Of a stretch of 64,000 nucleotides of DNA, positions 32,955 through 45,902 are shown one piece after another. The stretch's first letter is position 1. Every line of letters starts with the position of its first letter. The position numbers were made by a program, and so were the translations under genes. A model generated the notes under the pieces. It saw only the letters and a program-made list of their open reading frames with translations, was not told where the DNA came from and searched no databases. Source of the stretch: Balanoglossus misakiensis (taxonomy: Eukaryota; Animalia; Hemichordata); the NCBI GenBank assembly GCA_040954595.2, contig CM082587.2, positions 7,553,705-7,617,704 on the forward strand. Reading direction: 5' to 3'.

Positions 32955-34926
32955 ATGTCGTACACGTCTGAGTCAACATCGCCAGCACTTTCCACGGCGT
33001 CGTCATCAAGTTGTAGCTGCAGTCGATGCACGACGCCCAGCTCTGTCGCCACATCTCCAAGATATACTAATATTGGAGGAAACATGTCCGACAATGGTTG
33101 CAGAGATGACGACCTTCCCTCACCAAGTGTTACAGGTAAAACGGGGTTTTAATCTATACGTGTCACAGTTTGAGCATTATTCACTCAAGGCTTGTACGAC
33201 AGAAGGTAACAGATCTGTTTTTTTTTCTGATGACCCAAAAATTTAAGTTGAGTGAATTTTTACACGATATTGCGTAACTTAGCATACAGATAGGTGGATA
33301 GGTTTTGTCAAGATTACTTTTGAAATCAGTGCATATTTATGAACTCTGTTATTTTTTTTAATTCAACCTTTTCAATTCTATATGTATTTAGAGCGGTCTA
33401 AAACCACATCATGCAAAAATAACAAGCCGAGGAGAACTTCATTCTTCGCCTACCAACTTGCGGGCCTCAGGCAGGTATTCGAAAAAGAACAGTATCCCGA
33501 TCCAGCACAGAGACAGAAGATCGCTGAAGCCCTGGATTTAGATTTCGTCGCCGTTACGGTAAGTGGTGGTACATATACCATAGCTAGTTTCCAAAATTGC
33601 TAAATTTCGGTGATCGCAGCGTACGGATTTCTGTAGTACATAATGCTGACATCTGTTTTCACAGAGGCGCGGGATATACGTGGTAGGAGCTCCTTTTTCG
33701 TCTAACCTGAGATGCCCATTGTTTTCGCCCTACACGAATCTTTATCACTTCGCGCTTTTGACCGTGGGGCTTTCAAACCGTACTGAAGCACAACGGAAGT
33801 AGAACCATTATGGTGGAACATTTTAGATCGACTAGCAATTTTATAGCAATTCTATACCCTGCAATTACAATCACTGGAATCTGAATAGTTGGGTTGTACC
33901 ATGGGTTGTATACTAGGATTACTTTTGAGATGACGAACTTGTTAGCGGAACAAAGGAAATTATTTTGGCTTTTTCAAATTATCGTAGAGTATCCAGGTTA
34001 TCACAGAAAACAGTTCGAAGGATTCAGCGAGGAACTAGCAAGCACCCCGGCCCCGGCGCTGATTTTTCTTAACGATCATGGTGGTCTTCATCTTGACTGC
34101 AGACATTCTAATCCGACTGTTTTCACAGCTCGACAGTTTGGTCGTTTTCTAATCTAGTTGGCAGCAGTAGCTGCTAATGATGCTTTCGAACACTTCAGTG
34201 TGGTAAAAAAAATCTTGATTTGATTTTCAGCGATGGTTTAACAATCGACGTGCTAACCTTCGTCGAGGTAGGGTCAACCGAAAGCGCAAGTCCGATGTAA
34301 ACACGACCGGCAACCGACAAAAGAAAGCTAAATTCTCATCGTCGTTCAACATTGAGAACATCCTCCGGCGATCTCCGTCGCCGAATAGTGAGAGCGGTGT
34401 CAAGTCGCGCACCGACGCCGACGGTCAAATGTCACCGCCGCCGCAAACAGGTGTCAACGGCTACTATCAACATTTCCCCAGGTATTACCCAGCTTACGTC
34501 TACCACTATTATCCCAACGTGCAAGCTCACCACCACTCTCCAGTTTCCATGGCGACCGAGAGACCGATCCCCAGCTCTCCCGAAAAGCCGTTGGACCTCA
34601 GCCTTTCCAAGACGCGGCAGTTTCCCGCCAAGGAGAACCTTGTACCGAGTCCGGAGCAGGAGACGCCCAACCAAGCGAGCGGAGTTGGCAGAAACGACAG
34701 AGAAGACGACTTGGCTAAGTCTACCTCACAAGACACGAATGACGTTTACTATTCAAAACCCAACTATATGTATTCCCCAGGCTATTACAGGCCGTATCCG
34801 AATCCACGCGGAGCAATGTATCATAAGCCAGGTACAGATTTTGGTCTCGGGGACGGGTATGTGCCCATGACGTCACTTCCGCTACAGGCATTGCAAGATT
34901 GCCCGGCAACTCTTATGAATTATTAA
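32955..34926 (+). CDS. Divergent PRD-class-like homeodomain protein (~347 aa) with eh1 and PLDLS co-repressor motifs
   Basis: Exons 32955-33135, 33392-33558 and 34231-34926. Homeodomain NKPRRTSFFAYQLAGLRQVFEKEQYPDPAQRQKIAEALDLDFVAVT|RWFNNRRANLRRGR, with a phase-0 intron between codons 46 and 47. FNIENIL at 34345-34365 and PLDLS at 34588-34602. The start codon is uncertain. Confidence 0.9.
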
Positions 34927-35836
34927 TATGTACAGATTTTTAGTGGTAATCACTAATTTACATAGATTTGTTGTGTGTTAATTTTATTGGCTAAATACAT
35001 GAATGTACTTAAAAACATAGGAACTCTTCGTGTGAATAAATAATTTCTCTTCCCAAAAGCGAAGACATGCAATAATACATGTCTGACTTAGTCCACAAGT
35101 ACCTTTTCTGATCTACGCCACGTGATGAGTTTGAACAGACGACATTCACATCAAAGGCTAGATGAACTCGATAGGCACTACTTCAGAACCTCCTCGACAC
35201 ATATTGTGATGCGTGGTGTTCTAAAGTAAGTTGCCGCCACTCGTCTACGTGCCAATGAACGCATTGTAACCCGATGTTTCTCTATTACTCAACGCCATTG
35301 TTGACGTCACGTGTGGATTGGGGGTTATCGTGTACATATCAATTGCAATGTATTTACATGTAATTATTATTTAACGACCATGACACGTACCTATACACAA
35401 ATTTTGCTACCTCCATGATGCAACCTGCCAATTTGGTAAATCATATGAAGTGCTCTACACAATATTGTTGTTATTTAACTATTTAATCAACTGCACGTTG
35501 TATAGCTGTACATTAGTAGTGTCTTTAGGCGATTGTTAACTTTTGTGGTTTCTCTGTACATATTCTGACTGCAAATGAATAAATCAATTAATAAGTTGAT
35601 GAGTGAGACTTTTCCGGCAGTCTTTTTGGTATTGCTTCAAGCAACAGCCACAATATGATATAGAAGTATTGCCGGATCGACATAGTCTTCTCGTGACTAG
35701 CTGCAATGATTGTAGCGGGTGCTGCTAGGTTGACTGGTGTGTTCGCAGCCTACCGCTACAAGGCCTTATGTGTGATTTCCCAATCAACTTTCTGTCGTCG
35801 AATCCACTGAAGTTTCGGCGACATAAGAGGTGACCT

Positions 35837-38678
35837 TCAATCACTCCCCCTTGAGATAAGTTTGGCCAATTCGGCTGTATTTGCCACAATTAATGCCTTC
35901 GATCCAAGGCACATCTTGTATTGTTCCGATTCAAGTGTTGGGTCGCAGACCTTTGGATGATAAACGTGCACAAGGCCAACGTCCGGGGCACGGAACATCT
36001 CGATATGTTTTGTGCGGGCAATTGCATCACACAACAGCAAATCCTCTTTCCCCCATCCTTCAATTTGAAGATCATAGCCACCCACTGACTTGAAATCACT
36101 GTGATACAGGCACACCATGCCGTATGAGATGGTGCGGAAGAATCCATCTCTTTTGTCGAACACAAACTTTCCTGGACCCTTGGCTGTACAATTTATATTA
36201 ACAATATCTGGGTCAAATAAGTTAAAGAACACAGGGTAGTAAACTCGCCTCCCCTGTTTGGCATTCCATCTGCAGCGATCAAGAGAATCTCTTGTAAACA
36301 GAATATCGACGTCCATGAAGTATAACAACGCATCGCCCGGGAACATATCAGCCCCGCGCTGCAGACCCAGACCACGCGAAAAGGGTTTCTTTAGTTGAAG
36401 TAGTCTAAGGTCAAAATCTCTGTATTTATTTTGGTAATGCGAAAATAAGTCAATGCTCTCCAACGTTTCGTTGTTGTCACCGAATAAGACAACAGTAAGT
36501 TTTACATTTTCCTTTGTTTGCAGACAGGTCTTTTCGAAATTCTCCATAAACGCGCGGAAAGTGTTCAGCCTTTGATGCAAAGTTATGATGATGTGAACAG
36601 TTTCAGCATCGTGCTGTGAACCTGGCCCCGCGATTGGATATTGGGGTTCCGGTATGATGCGGTGTATTTTGGTGGCATTAGGCCAAGGCAAGTTTTGATC
36701 CCGAAACCGCACGCTGTTAAATACCTGTCGAATCCAAAAATGTCTGGTTGTTGCTTTTTCGGACTGATTTCCTTCTCTACTCCGCTGGGCTTCAAGGTCT
36801 AGCTTATAGTTCATCCCGTATCGAGGATTCAGGTTAATGTAAAAGTGTTGAACATTTTCAATTCCAATCTTCGTCCACGTCGACGTCAATATCTCACTGC
36901 ATTCGGACAGCGCACGCGCAGTTGCCCGTGTCATAATAGGGGTGGGTTTCAGGGCAGGGTTCACCGTGCTCCAGGTTTTCTGAAACGGCACAGCGTACGA
37001 CCACGGTGTTCCGTCTTCGTACGTTCCCGGTAGGAATCGATTCGCATTTACATCGAAAACCAAACGTCTGTCTTCCGAAATGTGTTCCCCACAGAATGTG
37101 TAGTTTCTGATCTGTCGTTCGATTCTGTCAGCCTTTTTCAGGAGCTCTGCCAGTTTTGATGTTTGGCCGTGTCGGTGTACTCGGTAAAGATTTCTTGTCG
37201 TCTTGATCGGATGCAGTGTGATTGCCCCGTGAACTTCTGGTACGTCCAGTTTCCCTTTAAATGCATCATTGCTTAAATGCTCCTGGTAGAATAAACGTCT
37301 CATCTGTGAAAAGAAAAGAATTTCCGGTGAAAATCCTGGTGATAAACATTTCACACTAGCGATATACTGTCATTCATACACTTAGAAAACTGCGTTTGAT
37401 TTAATTATTTTCATCAAGAGAAATCGGGGCGGGGGTGGGGGCATTTTACAGGGATACTCGGAAATGTATGTCATTCACTGAACACAGCTCTCGAAATAGT
37501 GCCAGCTAGACATTTCATCACGCACTGTGACTTGTGTTCGATTGTATAGTTTGAATGGCACAAATAACCTTCATTTTAACAAGTCCTATTGTTATTTTAG
37601 TGTAATGCAATGTGGCCAACCTTGGTCAATCAAATGAACAAAAAGTGATGCGCATGTGTGGTCAGGTTTACATTCACAGTCCAGTAACTGAGGCGTATAA
37701 GGAAGCCTTTGTAAGCGTAAGATTCGCAAAAGTCAGTGAAACCTAGATTAGGGGCTTATCCAAATCAACCACTATAACCGACTTGAAGGACGGCCCCTGC
37801 TTCATGGTACATTTTAATATAAAGTTAATAAAATATTTAAATGTCAGACTACTTAAGTTTTGTACATGTACATAAAAAATTAAAGCACTGCTTACCTCAT
37901 ATGACCATGTACACTTGATTTTGGCGTAAGTTTCAACACATCTTCCGATTTCTACGTCTTCATGTAATGTGTACAGATTTTTCAGGCACGTCCTTATATG
38001 AGGAACAACTTTTCTGAGAGTCTCACGACTGAACACAACTCCCGGCCCGCCAATACAGTAGTTTTCATGTGATTTCAGATGCAATTTTCCCACCTCTTCT
38101 TTCTTTCCTTGCCCTGCTTGGCCGATGTACAGTGCATTCGAACTGTTGACTGACCTTAGGAACCCTTCCAACTTGTCGCCTTTGACGTACGCGTCATCGT
38201 CAATGCGCATGAACCATTCATACTGGTCGATGTATTTATCGTGCATGTATTTCAACATCAAGAACGACTTCTTTTGGGGTGGATAGGTGTCGTCCACTCC
38301 CGACAGAGTCACCAACGGCAGATTTGCGTTCGACTTTTTCGTGCCCGCGCTTGAGAAGAATGTGACGTGCCCCGGTATACTCCGTGCCCATGTTCTGTGT
38401 ACAGCCAGAGCCCTAGTTGACAGGTATTTCTTCGTCGTCATTACTCCAACGTAAAGGAAGTTAGATTTTGGTTGGTCTTCTCGTCCGGTCGAGTTTCCGG
38501 TTCGCAAAACGGACACCAATTCATCTGCCATCTTGGGGTCATCGTATTCGACTTTGTCCGCTATCAGGGCAATCTGTTGAACTTGTAGCCATGTCGCTAG
38601 GAAAAACCCACAACACACGCCCAATAATAATTTCCTGCAAGAGCTTCGTCGTCTGCAACTGTGGTCTTTAGCCCCCAT
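35837..38678 (-). CDS. CHSY1: Chondroitin sulfate synthase (CHSY1/3-like), 2 exons, ~749 aa
   Basis: Exons 38678-37896 and 37303-35837, joined as CTWSYE|MRRLF. N-terminal TM helix; FLYVGVMT, DDTYPPQKKSFLMLKYMHD, WFMRIDDD, CIGGPG, HEDVEIGRC (GT31-like domain); FSRGLGL, FMDVD, YYPVFF, GWGKED, GLVHVYHPKVCDP (GT7-like domain). Exact orthology is not established. Confidence 0.93.
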
Positions 38679-39641
38679 CGTGAAGATCTGATCAAGGGAT
38701 TTGCATCGCCTTGTTTATCGTTGCTGCATGCTCGACGCCCATTGAAATCTCAGTCATACATAAAGGTCACCCTAGGCTTGTAGTCCGAATAGTTACAATT
38801 AAATCGGTTTGCCACTTGTCTGAGTGAGCTCCTTTTGATTTCACAAACGTTATTTCCAATTAAACGGCCGTAAGTACACCATTCAGCTGTCGATCAATAG
38901 TAGATAAACCGAATAGAGCCCATGAAACTTCGTCTACGTCAAATGTACAACCGCCAGGCGTGTGATTGTGAAATACCGTGACGACAGCCAGTGGAGTCTG
39001 TTGTAATGCGGCCGTGGCCTTGGCGTTCTAAATGTCTCTCTATAGACTCCAACCCGGTTCATTGAACACTTGTCTACAGTATATACATGGCCCTATTCAC
39101 GCCATACTGATTGGACACTACTTTTGTGGTAAACCGGGCTATCTTTTAAAAGCCATCTTGGTATGGCGCCTTAAGGTCACACGACATTGTTAAAAATTTC
39201 GAACAATTATTCACCATATAATGTCTCCAATGGTAAGGTATTCATTCGCATTGTCGATACTAGAATCTGTGTTACCTGTAGTATATATCTTCACATTTTG
39301 TATTGCGTCTGTGAAACAAAGATGAATAACGATTGCTTAAAATCTTCCGTCCAATGTTGCCCAAAACAAAATCTATATCGTGTATTTTTATTTTTTATTT
39401 GAGTAAAGTAATCATAAAGGAGTGTCGTATATGCGTGCCTTCTGCGATTGCAGGTGAGGGTCCCATACGTCAGAGTTGCTAGCAAGTGCTTTGTGTAGTC
39501 AAAGTATGTTCAAAATGTAACTGGAACAATGAAATGTTGATTAAACTCAGAACCAATTAATATCTAAAATGTAAACCGAGGCATTTCAGTAGAGATGTGA
39601 CTGACAAAACCTGACTTCAAAATGTGACGTGCTACTGATAT

Positions 39642-42587
39642 CTAGCACGTATTTTCCCCAAAGCGCAGAATTTTCCGGACTTGATTAACGTGAACCATTA
39701 ACGGATCGTAGAAAGAGAGATATTTACGGGCCGTGTCACAAAAACCGCCACCCATCAAGTCTGGTTCAACGTTGAATCGATTTTCATGGATCAGTGAGAC
39801 ATTCATGCCCGAGAAAAGTATCCCGAGGTGTATGTTGGAAAACTTGAAAAGTGGTCTTCGGCGGGAGAAGCTTGCCAAGTTCTCGACAACATCGAAGGAG
39901 AGAATGAAGGGGGCGTTATTATCACAGTGAGGAGGATAGACATCGCCCTCCCACTCCTCTTTGGAAACATACCCGGGGCTCTTCTTATCTCGTACTGGGG
40001 CGCTGTTCCTTCTCACGTGACACGTGACGTAGTTCCGGTGCGGAGCCGCCTGAAGTAACTCGCGCACGATGTCTTCGACATTCAAGTGTACAGTACTCGG
40101 CGCCACCATGACGAAATTTGCCGACGCACCGTATTTGGCCGTCCACTCTAGTATTGCTAGCAGTTTTTCGCTCTCGCCACCCGCGTCTTCTGATAGCTGC
40201 TTGAGGAGTACCATGTCCCCGTAAACCTCATTTTCGTGCTCCAAGAACGTCTGGAAAGAGGTGTCGCTGGACCTGTCAACAGCAAAGCGAACGATCACTC
40301 TCCGGCCCAGCGTGTGACGCCGTCCACCCAAAACGATCCGAAGATATCTGCGATACCCGAATTGTTTCGGGGATGCCGTGACAATAAGGAGAAGAGTCGA
40401 CTTTTGCGGGTTTGGCGGGAAAGAAATCTTCCTCGCACACTGCGGGCACCATTCCCAACGAATAGCGTACGCGGACTCGTTCCCTTCTGTGGTGAGACCG
40501 CCGATGGAAGAGTCTCCCGGGCCGTGTCCTTTCTCGAGGAAAACACCATCACATTCTGGACCGCTGCTAGCGTACTCTAGCTGCTTCCAGGATTTACGAT
40601 GGGACGGGGAGCCGAGACTGTGGGACGCCACCATGTGTCTTAAAGCACACGGGCTTCTGAAGAGCCTCAAGCTGTCGATGTATATGTTGGGATAAGGAAC
40701 GACGTTCAGCTTTTGCATTAAAATGCCGACGTAGACGTCCTCCCATTTGAATACAGGCGCCCTGGTCAACTGATCGAGAAGTTTTTGGACAAGATCCATG
40801 GAGATGACATACATTGGGCCAAATGCGTATAACGGATAAGTGGCGGCAGTCCACGCTTCTTGTGGAGTGTACCATTTGTTTTCCGGTGATCTGACTGGCT
40901 CTCTGTCAATACCAATCTCACCCATGTAGAAGCCTGTTCGTGGCGCACGGTTTAGAACATCTAATAAATTATTGTAATTGAGGAAAACGTCATCGTCAAC
41001 CTTAACGGCGTAGTCCGCAGCGCTGCAGTAATCGTCAGCCCACCGAAAAATAGACACAATTTTCAAAACCAGGAGATTGTAAGAATCAACAAAGTTTGCT
41101 TGTATGATGTCGCCGTAACGATTGTCTTCTGACGCCAAAGCACTTTGAATTTGTGCACTTTCCCCGATTCCGACGAAAAATAGCGTTTTGATTCGGCCGG
41201 CAGGTAAGCTTTTGTTGTACATTCCCCACGTCTCGCGGATTTCCTGTCGTAATTCGTAGTTATCGGGCCTACTCAAAATGCCTACTAAAATGTTGACTTT
41301 TGCTTCCGTCGTTGAACGTCGGATTTTGTTGCAAAATCGACCGTGGTTGATCCTGAAATTAATCGAATTTCCAGCCCCGGTTTCTGGCAGCATTCTGACA
41401 CGCCCGTCCTCTACGGTGATAATTTCACCGCTTCTGTGTTGCGATTGGATTGCGGAGCCGTTGCAAGGTGCGAACGATCCCCATTCAACGAGACTTCGCC
41501 ACATTGAATACATCACTTCGCCAGACACGTGGCACGTTGCGAACACGTCCATCGTTTCGCAGATTGACCTCTTGATACCGACGAGGTCAAACTCGTGGCG
41601 TCGGACAGGCGAGACGGACAGCTGGCAGAGAAGGCAGTCGATGTAGTCGTCGCGCCGACCGCAGACACCTTCAGATGCGATCGAGGCAGCGTGCAGGTCA
41701 AAGACAACGTCTGGAGACATGACACAAACGCGCCACGTAGAATCTCTGGACGCTGTGCCGTCATTATTGGTCAAGTTAGCGGCACCGCTCAATTCTGAAG
41801 TGAGGAAGAAGCCCGTCGTTGTGGAATTCAAGAGTACCCGCACGACATTGAACACGTTAACGAAAACGTCATCTTCCACTTTCATGATGTATCTCACAGG
41901 TTCCAGAAGCAACGCAACAAATCGGAGCGCTGCTACCGATGAACTGCCCGTGCGAGCGCTAACAACAACGACGTCTTGGTGCTTTTCACTTTCAGCCTTT
42001 ACAGCATCGTGCAGGTCCGTAGAGTGAGGCTCTCTGATGACAAACAAGCGGACTACTTTCTCCCCCGAGACGGTACCCACAGTTCGGCTGATGGCGCGAA
42101 CGGCGGCCCGTTGTTCCAAATTGGCACAGTCTGACACGGTTAGCAATAACAGGAAAATGTCACCGCCATTTATGTCTCTTCTCAGGTAAGAGAGTTCTTC
42201 GATAATTGAAACATTATGCAGATTTAAATTTTCTCTCTCAGATGATTGTTTGGGTAAAAACGGGCGTGTCTTTGCTGCAGTAGAACTGGAATTGGTGATT
42301 TCCAAATTCTTCCATGCGTCACGCATTGATTGAGCGCCGACGTTGGACATTAGTGTCACAGTGGTGAAATTGTAACACGACCCGCGACTCCCAGCACGAT
42401 TTTTGATTGTTGGCTCACCGTGCCAAGACGTGGTGTATACTATCAATATTCCGTAGCTGAATAGGCAACTTGCCAGAATGCTGGTCAGACAAAGCCTTTT
42501 TGAGAGAGTTTTCATGATGAGGTATACAAACGGCCTCCCGGTTTTGTGTCGGCAAACAGGCAAATTTTTCAAGGTTCCCGTAGACAT
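39642..42587 (-). CDS. Intronless type II membrane beta-1,3-glycosyltransferase (GT31/Galactosyl_T) with three tandem domains
   Basis: 981-aa ORF; the likely start is M25 (42515), followed by a TM segment. Domain 2 is canonical (RQEIRETWG, FVDSYNLLVLK, KVDDDVFLN, NKWY, YPLYAFGPMY, WEDVYVG). Domains 1 and 3 are degenerate copies. Confidence 0.9.
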   Translation of the reverse strand: MSTGTLKNLPVCRHKTGRPFVYLIMKTLSKRLCLTSILASCLFSYGILIVYTTSWHGEPTIKNRAGSRGSCYNFTTVTLMSNVGAQSMRDAWKNLEITNSSSTAAKTRPFLPKQSSERENLNLHNVSIIEELSYLRRDINGGDIFLLLLTVSDCANLEQRAAVRAISRTVGTVSGEKVVRLFVIREPHSTDLHDAVKAESEKHQDVVVVSARTGSSSVAALRFVALLLEPVRYIMKVEDDVFVNVFNVVRVLLNSTTTGFFLTSELSGAANLTNNDGTASRDSTWRVCVMSPDVVFDLHAASIASEGVCGRRDDYIDCLLCQLSVSPVRRHEFDLVGIKRSICETMDVFATCHVSGEVMYSMWRSLVEWGSFAPCNGSAIQSQHRSGEIITVEDGRVRMLPETGAGNSINFRINHGRFCNKIRRSTTEAKVNILVGILSRPDNYELRQEIRETWGMYNKSLPAGRIKTLFFVGIGESAQIQSALASEDNRYGDIIQANFVDSYNLLVLKIVSIFRWADDYCSAADYAVKVDDDVFLNYNNLLDVLNRAPRTGFYMGEIGIDREPVRSPENKWYTPQEAWTAATYPLYAFGPMYVISMDLVQKLLDQLTRAPVFKWEDVYVGILMQKLNVVPYPNIYIDSLRLFRSPCALRHMVASHSLGSPSHRKSWKQLEYASSGPECDGVFLEKGHGPGDSSIGGLTTEGNESAYAIRWEWCPQCARKISFPPNPQKSTLLLIVTASPKQFGYRRYLRIVLGGRRHTLGRRVIVRFAVDRSSDTSFQTFLEHENEVYGDMVLLKQLSEDAGGESEKLLAILEWTAKYGASANFVMVAPSTVHLNVEDIVRELLQAAPHRNYVTCHVRRNSAPVRDKKSPGYVSKEEWEGDVYPPHCDNNAPFILSFDVVENLASFSRRRPLFKFSNIHLGILFSGMNVSLIHENRFNVEPDLMGGGFCDTARKYLSFYDPLMVHVNQVRKILRFGENTC

Positions 42588-45500
42588 GTAAAATTAGCCT
42601 TCGGTAACAAACTCACTGTCGTCTTCGTGAAATCAGCAGGGTCGCTGATTCCTCGCTTACAACGTAAAGAAACAAAGATTAAAGTGGGCCAGCAAGATAG
42701 TAATTGTGGCGTGGAACGCAGACACTGTACTGATCGTCTGACGTTACGCTAACGTTCGAAGGACACAGTCATCTATGCAAATTTAGCCACAGTTACCATG
42801 GAAATTTGAGATTTAGCCAACCACAGTGCGTTTGCTGATCATTAGGCGCAATAACACAGAGCAGTGTGTTGGAGTATCTGCTGTACGGCTTAAAGGATGA
42901 TTGCACTAAACCCGGTGCAGACGTCATTCCAAGCCTCAACTAAACCAGTCTTTCTGAAGGGGGGGGGGTAGTCTAAAATCGTTCCAAGTACATGTAATTG
43001 CTGGCACACACCAGAAAATTTAGCGGCTTGTGGAAGTACCGAAGTTTCGGCAAGTATGACGAGGTGGCTTGTCAGCAAACCCGAATGGCTTGAGTACAAA
43101 CCGGCTTGTTTTTGCAGAATTTGCAGTGTAGTCTGTCTATATGAAAAATTCCGAAAAATCTGGCGGGGTTTTGAACTTAATTTTACCTTGGGCAGTGCAG
43201 TATCCCATATCAAACTAGGTCAATCAGACCGTAAATTCGTTGGTACAGGTTATTCAATGGACGTACCGTGGTAATGCCAAATCGTGCAAAGTAAGCCGCT
43301 TGTGAGAGCTCACCCACAGAAAGGGATTATGCCACAGTTGCACAGGCGACATCTGGAACAAGACACAAACGACACCATGGTGATGCTGATCATCCGCAAA
43401 TACCGGACGGGATTCTGGAACACTTGCGCAAACAATGGCTTATCACATGCAAAAAAAAATATCCCATTTCTGTGCACGATAGCCTAAAATTATGGGCAAT
43501 TGCCGGTACAATTTTAAGAGTGGAATCGGACACGGTTTTTTTCCAGAGCGAATTGTCGCCTACTCGGAATGTTCTAGGACATTCAATTTTCGAGCCAGGA
43601 AAAATTGGAATTCAATTCTGCTAGCTTAGAAAAGCACAGCAAAGGATTCACTAAAACTCTGCAGATGGGCAAAATTCCTCTACCGTGAGTTATAACAGAA
43701 AGCACTGCGTTTCACCGTCAGTATCCAGGCTTTAACTTTGGTTTGTGGTATACATGTATGGTGTAAATGTGACACCATGCAATAAATCATTCAGCATCCA
43801 GAACGAGAAATACAAGATTATTAAGTGAGATGTACAGGGAAGTTAGGTCAAAAGTCCTCTGAGGGTGAAATTTTGCCGTTATCAACACAGTGGAGACGGA
43901 AAATTTCTTCCCCTCAAAAGCTGTCTACGTGACACTTCAATAAATTTACCCTTATGTTACCGATAAGATAACTGCATTACCGCTAGTACTTTTACCCGCC
44001 GGATGCGTCGTGTTCATTGCATTGTGCCGCATGAACGGTTCTCCACAGCTCATCAACAGCTCGTCACCCTGATTGGCTGAAGCAGCCGACATGAAAAGTC
44101 GCCGATTCCGATCGGTCAGTGAGACACAAACGTCTAAATTGATACATCCGCACTTATTTTCTCCTATTTAATTTGATTTGTCGTGAGCGATGATCCACAG
44201 GCTGTCCTGTTTAGTTTTTTCACTGCCTTTCTGGTTCACGCCGCTTTCTGAAATTTAATTCCCAGTACAGCTTTGATATCACTAAGGCTCGGGTGAAGAA
44301 CATTGTGTCCAAGAGTTGGTGCTACATGTGATTTCCATTCTCGCCCCCACCAGACTACGGATTTCTTTCGTTTCACTATCGAAATCACGTACTCTGGTTA
44401 AAATGGAGTACCGCGCTGGTATTTGAACATATTGGTAATGCATATTCATGAGATGACATCATTATAATCTGGCCAATCAAAGCCCGTCTCTCAAGGAGAG
44501 CTGGGGGACTCAGAGCACTGCCACTGGAAGCCGCCATGTTGTTTAGAATGGCTTTGAAATTTGTTTTTGTTTTTCTCCGATTGCTTTAGAATTTAGGATA
44601 CAATTTCATAACACATATACGTGAAACTTTTATTCAATTCTGATAGCAAAAATATTCAATGTTTAGCGAGTTTTTTTGTAAGTTTCTTTGTTTTTGGTTA
44701 GCAAATATCCTAAACCAATTGTCCAGTTGTTTTGAAAGTTACTGTTGACAAGGCATTGGTACCCCCAACTTAGCCTGTGTACGCTACATGTTAACATAAC
44801 TTTAATATGCCAGCTGTTACAGAGACCACCTGCTATGATTAAATTTTTAATTACCAGTGGCAGGTCAGTGAGCGTCTTTGTCCGTTCGAGGGCTGACTGA
44901 AAGAAGTTGCTTGTCATATGTGTTTGTACAGACAATTTTTGGTCAAAAATAATTTGTGCTAGCACCACTTATAAGACTGCCATGACACATAACAGTTTAT
45001 TTGGCATGTTCCTTGTTTATTTTTTTACATTCCATATTTCTATATGGTTAGATCAGATCTGCTCGCAATGTCACCTGTAACAGTAATTTGTATTCTGTTG
45101 TACCCCTATTTCTGTGCATTCCCCAATTGGGACCACAGTGTCATTGATGCTATTTTTTACATATTGGGTTTGTGTTACATATAGAGTGAACATTTATCAC
45201 ATTAGAATTAATCCTTACAGCCCGGGTTTTGCGGACCAAGGTCGTACGGCTGAAGGGCGCGAATCGCCGTGCGACCCAAATCCCCAAAACCAGTATCTGG
45301 GCCGTAAAGGTTTTATCATATACCTTATGATCACCACTATTATCAGTATAATGATGATGTTTGATATTTTTGACGGAAATAAAGCATTATAATCGTGAAC
45401 CCACTGCCATATATGCATCGACAACAGCAACCCCTCCCCCCCCCCCCCCGGGCAAAAACTAAAGCTTAACCACTGAGAGGCTTGATATCAATATGACATC

Positions 45501-45882
45501 ATTTGTTTACTTCCATTCGACTCCCGGTTCAATCTTGATCATTCTCAACTTCAAAACACACGAACAACAACGGTTGATTCACTTCCTCAACAAATGATAA
45601 CTACATGTAGTCGTCTGCCAGACACTTGTTCCAGTCAGTGTTGAGCAGAAAAGATTGCACTTATTGCTAGCGTGGAAGAACAGAGATAGAGATGTTTTTC
45701 CCCCGAAAATCCACAGCCGATATAACCTATTTGAGTCGATTCCGCGTTCATTTTGGGGAGTTGCAAATGAGAGTTCGCATATCTATGACGTCGCTAGCAA
45801 GGTCAAGGTCGCTAGCCAAGAGTAAAAGTGCGTCTGAAGAAGCGAAGATTTGCGCGGTCTTCTGTTGGTTCTCCTTCTGATA

Positions 45883-45902
45883 TAGTCTCGGTTACCCAGA
45901 CT
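45883..45902. repeat. Terminus of a dispersed repeat family (TAGTCTCGGTTACCCAGACT)
   Basis: The reverse complement (AGT)CTGGGTAACCGAGAC occurs at 4969-4986 and 50040-50056. Confidence 0.7.
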
